Positions 59,291 through 64,000 of a stretch of 64,000 bases of DNA are shown here, piece by piece (within the stretch, counting starts at the first letter, position 1; every line of letters begins with the position of its first letter). The position numbers were made by a program, and so were the translations under genes. The DNA comes from Ktedonobacter sp. (GTDB lineage: Bacteria; Chloroflexota; Ktedonobacteria; Ktedonobacterales; Ktedonobacteraceae): positions 63,659 through 127,658 of the forward strand of contig JBEVTI010000008.1 of NCBI GenBank assembly GCA_041156125.1, written 5' to 3'. The notes below the pieces were generated by a model. That model was not told the DNA's origin, searched no databases, and saw only the letters and a program-made list of their open reading frames with translations.

Positions 59291-61378
59291 ATGCAGCAAC
59301 CAGGGTATTTTACGTTTGGCATTCTAACCGATAGACCACCCACGCTTGATTTGCAGAGAACGCTGCCACGCACCGCTGAAGTGAACGAGCTTGTAACTCT
59401 TTTGAGCGATGCGCAGACGCGTACTGTGCTCCTCACAGGGAACGCGGGCGTGGGTAAATCGACGCTGGCCATGCTTGTCTTTGCTCAACTCCAGAGCCAT
59501 ACATTTGAGGGCCTGCCGGAGTTTCGTCACTACATCTGGTTAAGGATCGGCCCGCGCGCGACATGGCCAGATATCGTTAGCGCGCTCCTGAACAGCTTGC
59601 AAAATACAGCATCCACCGGGGGCATGAACCTCTCACAGCAGACAAGCATGAAGCAGCTCTATGAACTGTTGCGCCAACCCGGTCAGGGCGCTCTGATTGT
59701 GCTAGATCAGTGTGAAGAGCTATTCGATCGCGCTATCGAGGCGCGCAATGAGGATACGCCCTATACAGTTGGCGTGGGACTCAGCGGGGCTGTGCGTTTC
59801 CTCGAAATCCTGCAACAGGATCTCGCGCAGAGCCGCTTTCTTCTGACCTCTACAAAGTCACCCTTTGGCTCGGGCTATAGCAACATGCCGGGAGTGCATG
59901 AATACGCGGTCGGAAGTCTGACCATAGTCGAAGCGCTCGCTTTGCTTCAGCAGCATGGTGTATTGGGCCTGCAACAGGATCTTTCAGCTATCTGGCAACA
60001 CTGCTCCGGGCATATGTATACCCTGCTTATCTTTAGCGCTTTAAAAAGCCTCAGCGGCCTCTCGCTGCACTATCTGCTGAACTCCCCTATGTATCAAATT
60101 CTCTGGGAGGGCAATATACCGCAGAATCTGCTCGAAGCCATGTTTGGTTTCCTCAATCCTATGCAGATGGCACTGTTACGCGCGCTCTGCCTCTTTCGCG
60201 AGGCACCTCCGCTCGCTGGCATTATTCACGTCGCGCTTAGCGGGCAAGCGCGCCTGGAAACTGATCTCCAGGCCTTTGAACTGGCCACGCGCAGCCTGCT
60301 GGCCCTGGGCATTGTCAAGCAGATCAAACGTCCCGATGGCCAGGACGGCTATCTCCTGCATGCACTGCTTGTGCGCTATCTGCTCAACCACTATCTGGAA
60401 AGCGAGCAACGCAAAACTACTGGCTACCTCACTTCTTCGCTGGGCGTGACTAACCAGCCAGAGGAACTCCTGCTGACAATGGAAGCGCGGCAAGGGGCTC
60501 TGGCAACCGGACATACTTATATCGCTGACTACTACTGGCGCGTCTCTCAGCAAAACAGCCCGCCACGCCAGCAGCGCAGCGGTCCCAACGATGTCACATC
60601 CCTGCTGGCCATGCTTGAACATCTCTGCCTGGGCTGGCACTGGCAAACAGCCTACGACCAGTTGTGTGCATTGGAGCTTGATAAAGACCTCCTGCACTGG
60701 GAAATCTGGCATACATTAATTCGCCTGTATGAAATGATGTTGCCGCCGATTGGCTCACTCATCCGCCGCGACGAAGGGCTGGTGTGTAGTGCATTGGCCA
60801 TGATCTATAGTAGGATAGGCGAATTTGAACAGAGCAGAACATACTATACCAGCGCTCTGGCCATTCAACGCGATATGGAAGACCAGCAGAGCGAGGCGAT
60901 TACCCTGACAAACCAGGGCGAGTTTCTGCGCACCCTGGGCGATATAGAGCAGGCTCGCCAGAATTTTCGCCAGGCACTCGCGCTCATAGAACCACGCGTA
61001 AATCTTGAACTGGCCTGCGTGCTCGCTCACAATATGGCCCTGCTCGCCCAACATCAGCACGACTACCAGCAAAGCCTGCACTATTTTCTGCAAGCGCTAC
61101 AACTTGCCAGGCAAAAGCAAGATTGGGAGCGTGAGGGTCTGATCCTGACCAATATTGGACTCTTTCTCTGCGAACAGCAACGCTACCAGGATGGCCTGGC
61201 ACTACTGCTGCCAGCTCTCCAGATACGCCTGGCTCGCAATGATCCACGCACCGCGACCCTCGTTGCTTTCCTCAATAAACTCGAACAGCGCATGGGCCAG
61301 GCTGCCTTCGCCAGCCTACGCCGCAACGCCCAGGCCGAAGGACAACAGGAGCAAGTGCTGCAAGCACTAAAGTCCTGA
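59291..61378 (+). CDS. STAND P-loop NTPase (NB-ARC/AAA-like) with C-terminal TPR repeats, no TIR
   Basis: VLLTGNAGVGKSTLAMLV Walker A, LIVLDQCEELFD Walker B, TPR-like repeats from about residue 500. Confidence 0.75.
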   Translation: MQQPGYFTFGILTDRPPTLDLQRTLPRTAEVNELVTLLSDAQTRTVLLTGNAGVGKSTLAMLVFAQLQSHTFEGLPEFRHYIWLRIGPRATWPDIVSALLNSLQNTASTGGMNLSQQTSMKQLYELLRQPGQGALIVLDQCEELFDRAIEARNEDTPYTVGVGLSGAVRFLEILQQDLAQSRFLLTSTKSPFGSGYSNMPGVHEYAVGSLTIVEALALLQQHGVLGLQQDLSAIWQHCSGHMYTLLIFSALKSLSGLSLHYLLNSPMYQILWEGNIPQNLLEAMFGFLNPMQMALLRALCLFREAPPLAGIIHVALSGQARLETDLQAFELATRSLLALGIVKQIKRPDGQDGYLLHALLVRYLLNHYLESEQRKTTGYLTSSLGVTNQPEELLLTMEARQGALATGHTYIADYYWRVSQQNSPPRQQRSGPNDVTSLLAMLEHLCLGWHWQTAYDQLCALELDKDLLHWEIWHTLIRLYEMMLPPIGSLIRRDEGLVCSALAMIYSRIGEFEQSRTYYTSALAIQRDMEDQQSEAITLTNQGEFLRTLGDIEQARQNFRQALALIEPRVNLELACVLAHNMALLAQHQHDYQQSLHYFLQALQLARQKQDWEREGLILTNIGLFLCEQQRYQDGLALLLPALQIRLARNDPRTATLVAFLNKLEQRMGQAAFASLRRNAQAEGQQEQVLQALKS

Positions 61379-61493
61379 AAAACTCGCGCTGCTCCTGGCA
61401 GCGCGGGCCACCAGCTAAAAAAGAGCCTGGGGACAGTGACATAGCTGTTTCAAAGTCGCCTTCTCCCTTTGCAAGACCCCCACAGAGTTGTGA

Positions 61494-61539
61494 GAGGGTG
61501 GAGCATGCGGCAGCCGAGGCTGCCGCATGCTCCACCCTC
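61494..61539 (+). terminator. 22-bp perfect hairpin followed by T-rich stretch after the STAND gene
   Basis: gagggtggagcatgcggcagcc gag gctgccgcatgctccaccctc then ttatgttcttt. Confidence 0.55.
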
Positions 61540-61837
61540 TTATGTTCTTTAAGGGCGGGCGGGTGGGGCAAAAAACTTTTGCATCGCTCTGAGGGACAGT
61601 GAAAACACTGATGAGAACACAGACAAGACTATGCTATAATCAAAGCTGAATAGCGACATCCGTCTGCTCCCAAACAGGGCTTTTCCCTTCTGGCACAGAG
61701 CTGTAGCCCGGATAGTGGCCCTTTGCGCGCTCCTGCCAGATCTCTCCTTTTTGGCTAAGTAGGTAGAGAAAAAGAGAACGGGAAGCCCTGGCTCCAGAAT
61801 AGCGGTAAAAAAAGAAGGAAAGTGTAAGCGATACAGT

Positions 61838-64000
61838 TATGTCCACTTCTACGCAATCCGATTCCCATATGCTCAAACAGAGCAAACCTCCTGGCACGCC
61901 AGGTAGCGCGCGCGGTAGCCGGGGCTGGATGTTGATCACGCAGGTTTTTGTAGCTGGAGCCTGTTCGCTGGCACTTGAGGTTTCGGCCTCGCGCTTGCTG
62001 GCTCCATATTTTGGCGATACTCTCTTTGTCTGGGCTAACCTGATCGGCCTGATTCTGCTCTATTTGACCATTGGCTATTACGCTGGCGGGCGCTTTGCTG
62101 ATCGCTTTCCGCTCGCCAGGGTTTTCTATCTGCTAACAGGCACTGCGGCCCTTTTTATCAGCCTGATTCCCCTGCTTGCCCATCCAGTGCTCTCCTGGAC
62201 CCAGGCGATCTTCGCCAGCAATGCGCTGGGGGTCTTTTATGGGTCGCTAGTTTCAGTGCTTCTGCTTTTTGTGGTCCCTACGGTTCTACTGGGTTGCGTC
62301 TCGCCCTTTGCTATTCGCCTGAGCATCGAGCAGGCCGGCAGTTCGGGGCGCATCTCTGGCAAACTTTATGCCATCTCAACTGTGGGCAGTCTGCTTGGAA
62401 CATTCCTGCCTGTGCTCTGGCTCCTACCCAATATCGGCACCTCTAAAACCTTCTTCGCCTGTGGCATCTTGCTCCTACTCACCTCTCTGCTCGGTCTGTG
62501 GATCTCGCGCTCCCCGAAGGAGCTTGCTGCTAGCGCAACGAGCAGTTCAAGTCCAGTCCCTGCCAGCGCGTCAGTTCCGCAAAAGCCCGCGCCCGCCAAC
62601 AGCGAGTCCGCTAAACAGACCCGGCAAGGCACTTCATTCTGGTCAGAAATCTCAGCCTATAGCGCGCAGGATTGGATGTTGATCGCGCTGGTCTTTGTCG
62701 AAGGAGCCTGTACACTGGCGGTCGAGATCGCGGCTTCGCGCCTGCTGGCCCCTTATTTTGGCACCTCGCTCTTTATCTGGGCCATCCTGATCGGCCTGAT
62801 CCTGCTCTACCTGACTATCGGCTACTACGTGGGTGGGCGAGTCGCTGACCGCTATCCACGCCATGGAGTGCTCTATCTGCTGACGATTAGCGCGGCTTTT
62901 CTGATCGCGCTTATTCCACTTGCCGCGCATCCCCTGATGGCGCTCTCGCAGTCGTCCTTTGTCACGTACTCGGTCGGCAACTTTATTGTCTCACTCGGCG
63001 GCACCATTCTGCTTTTCGCCGCGCCTGTGATCCTGCTCAGTTGCGTCTCCCCTTTCGCCATTCGTTTACAGATCGCGCAGGCAAACAAGTTGGGCAGTTC
63101 AGGCAGCATTGCTGGCAAGCTCTACGCTATTTCAACCGCAGGCAGCATTGTTGGCACCTTCCTGCCTGCCCTGGTGCTTATTCCTACCATTGGCACCTAC
63201 CGCACGTTTTTCACCTTTGGCCTGGCGCTGCTGTTGATCTCTATCGTCGGTCTATTTGTGGCGGGCATGGGCAATTCTCACCCTCTGACCTTCCCCAGGA
63301 TGAGCGCGCGTCTGCTCGCGCTGCTCCTACTGATCCCTATGATCTGGTCCACTCTGGCTATTCAGGGACCAATCAAGCGCGCCGATGGTAGCAATGGCGG
63401 CGGGACTCTGATTACCGAGCGCGAATCGCCTTACAACTATATTCAGGTGGTCAAAGTTGGCAATGAGATGCAGCTCATTCTTAACGAAGGAGTGGGCATT
63501 CACTCGATCTATGATCCCAATAATATCCTGACTGGTGGTCCCTGGGATTATTTCGGGGTCGCGCCCTACTTCAATAATCCGCCCTTTACGCAGGCGCAAG
63601 TGCGCTCTATCTGTGTAATCGGCCTTGGCGCGGGCACGATTCCTCGCGAACTGAGCGCGGCCTATGGTCCCATTCCCATTGATGGCGTAGAACTGGATGG
63701 CGCAATCGTCAACCTTGCTCGACAATATTTCCATATGAACGAACCCAATCTGCATGTAATTGTGCAGGATGGCCGTTACTATCTGCAAACAGCGCAGAAA
63801 AAGTACGATGAGATCGCTATCGATGCCTACCAGCAGCCTTACGTGCCTTTCCAACTTGCCACTCAGGAGTTTTTTCAGCTGGTACGCGCGCATCTGACTC
63901 CTACCGGCGTCGCGGTAATCAACGCGGGCCGCACCAATAGCGATTTCCGCCTGGTTGAAGCGCTGGCGCAGACCATGCACGCGGTCTTCCCGAATGTCTA
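61838..64000 (+). CDS. spermidine-synthase-like aminopropyltransferase with tandemly duplicated N-terminal polytopic membrane module; 3-prime end truncated by the window
   Basis: Open frame 61838 to window end not in ORF track (no stop). Membrane module WMLITQVFVAGACSLALEVSASRLLAPYFG...GRFADRFP repeated as WMLIALVFVEGACTLAVEIAASRLLAPYFG...GRVADRYP; C-terminal SpeE-like ICVIGLGAGTIPRELS...DGVELDGAIV...DEIAIDAY. Confidence 0.7.

Noticed and set aside
61640-61939. 99-aa minus-strand ORF
   Set aside because: Overlaps the start of the long plus-strand SpeE-like frame, which has clear domain content.

Overview
This window is GC-rich (roughly 55-62% in most genes). Gene content is consistent with a Chloroflexota/Ktedonobacteria-like chromosome: WD40, TPR-STAND, Ser/Thr kinase, ANTAR, RicT/PSP1 and dynamin-like proteins. 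That assignment is an inference, not a search result. I call about 50 protein-coding genes, and found no rRNA, tRNA or CRISPR array. The main blocks are:

- **1.4-5.3 kb:** a cytochrome-oxidase biogenesis cluster (BON-domain membrane protein, SCO1, ctaB, ctaG).
- **5.4-9.9 kb:** a Rad50/SbcC-like ATPase followed by a NurA-like nuclease, with no Mre11/SbcD or HerA. This is one of the two candidate novel systems.
- **10-16.8 kb:** housekeeping genes (mogA, WD40, NhaP antiporter, DnaJ-like, dut, DedA).
- **17.2-18.4 kb:** a sigma-70 factor, convergent with two tandem RelA/SpoT paralogues at 18.5-23.6 kb. The paralogues show complementary domain decay.
- **25.2-34.6 kb:** tgt, a lipoate ligase-like gene, a GlcG-like gene, an ANTAR response regulator, a PSP1/RicT-like gene, an SPFH protein and a dynamin-like GTPase.
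- **35.2-38.9 kb:** an apparently decayed ABC transporter (ATPase with an in-frame TAG; FtsX permease split over three frames).
- **40.8-51.9 kb:** a lower-GC island carrying a TIR-NB-ARC-TPR STAND protein, a FolC-like ligase, a divergent pair of XRE regulators with palindromic operators, a 1042-aa Ser/Thr-kinase-TM-TIR-TPR-TIR protein bracketed by duplicated promoter-like repeats, and a methyltransferase. This is the other candidate novel system.
- **52.3-64 kb:** HIT, HxlR, ROK kinase, a pseudokinase, fmt, a second STAND NTPase and a SpeE-like gene with an internally duplicated membrane module that runs off the window.

Non-coding structure: two copies of a MITE-like palindromic element bounded by 9-bp inverted termini, and several long (20-36 bp) perfectly paired hairpins at gene ends.
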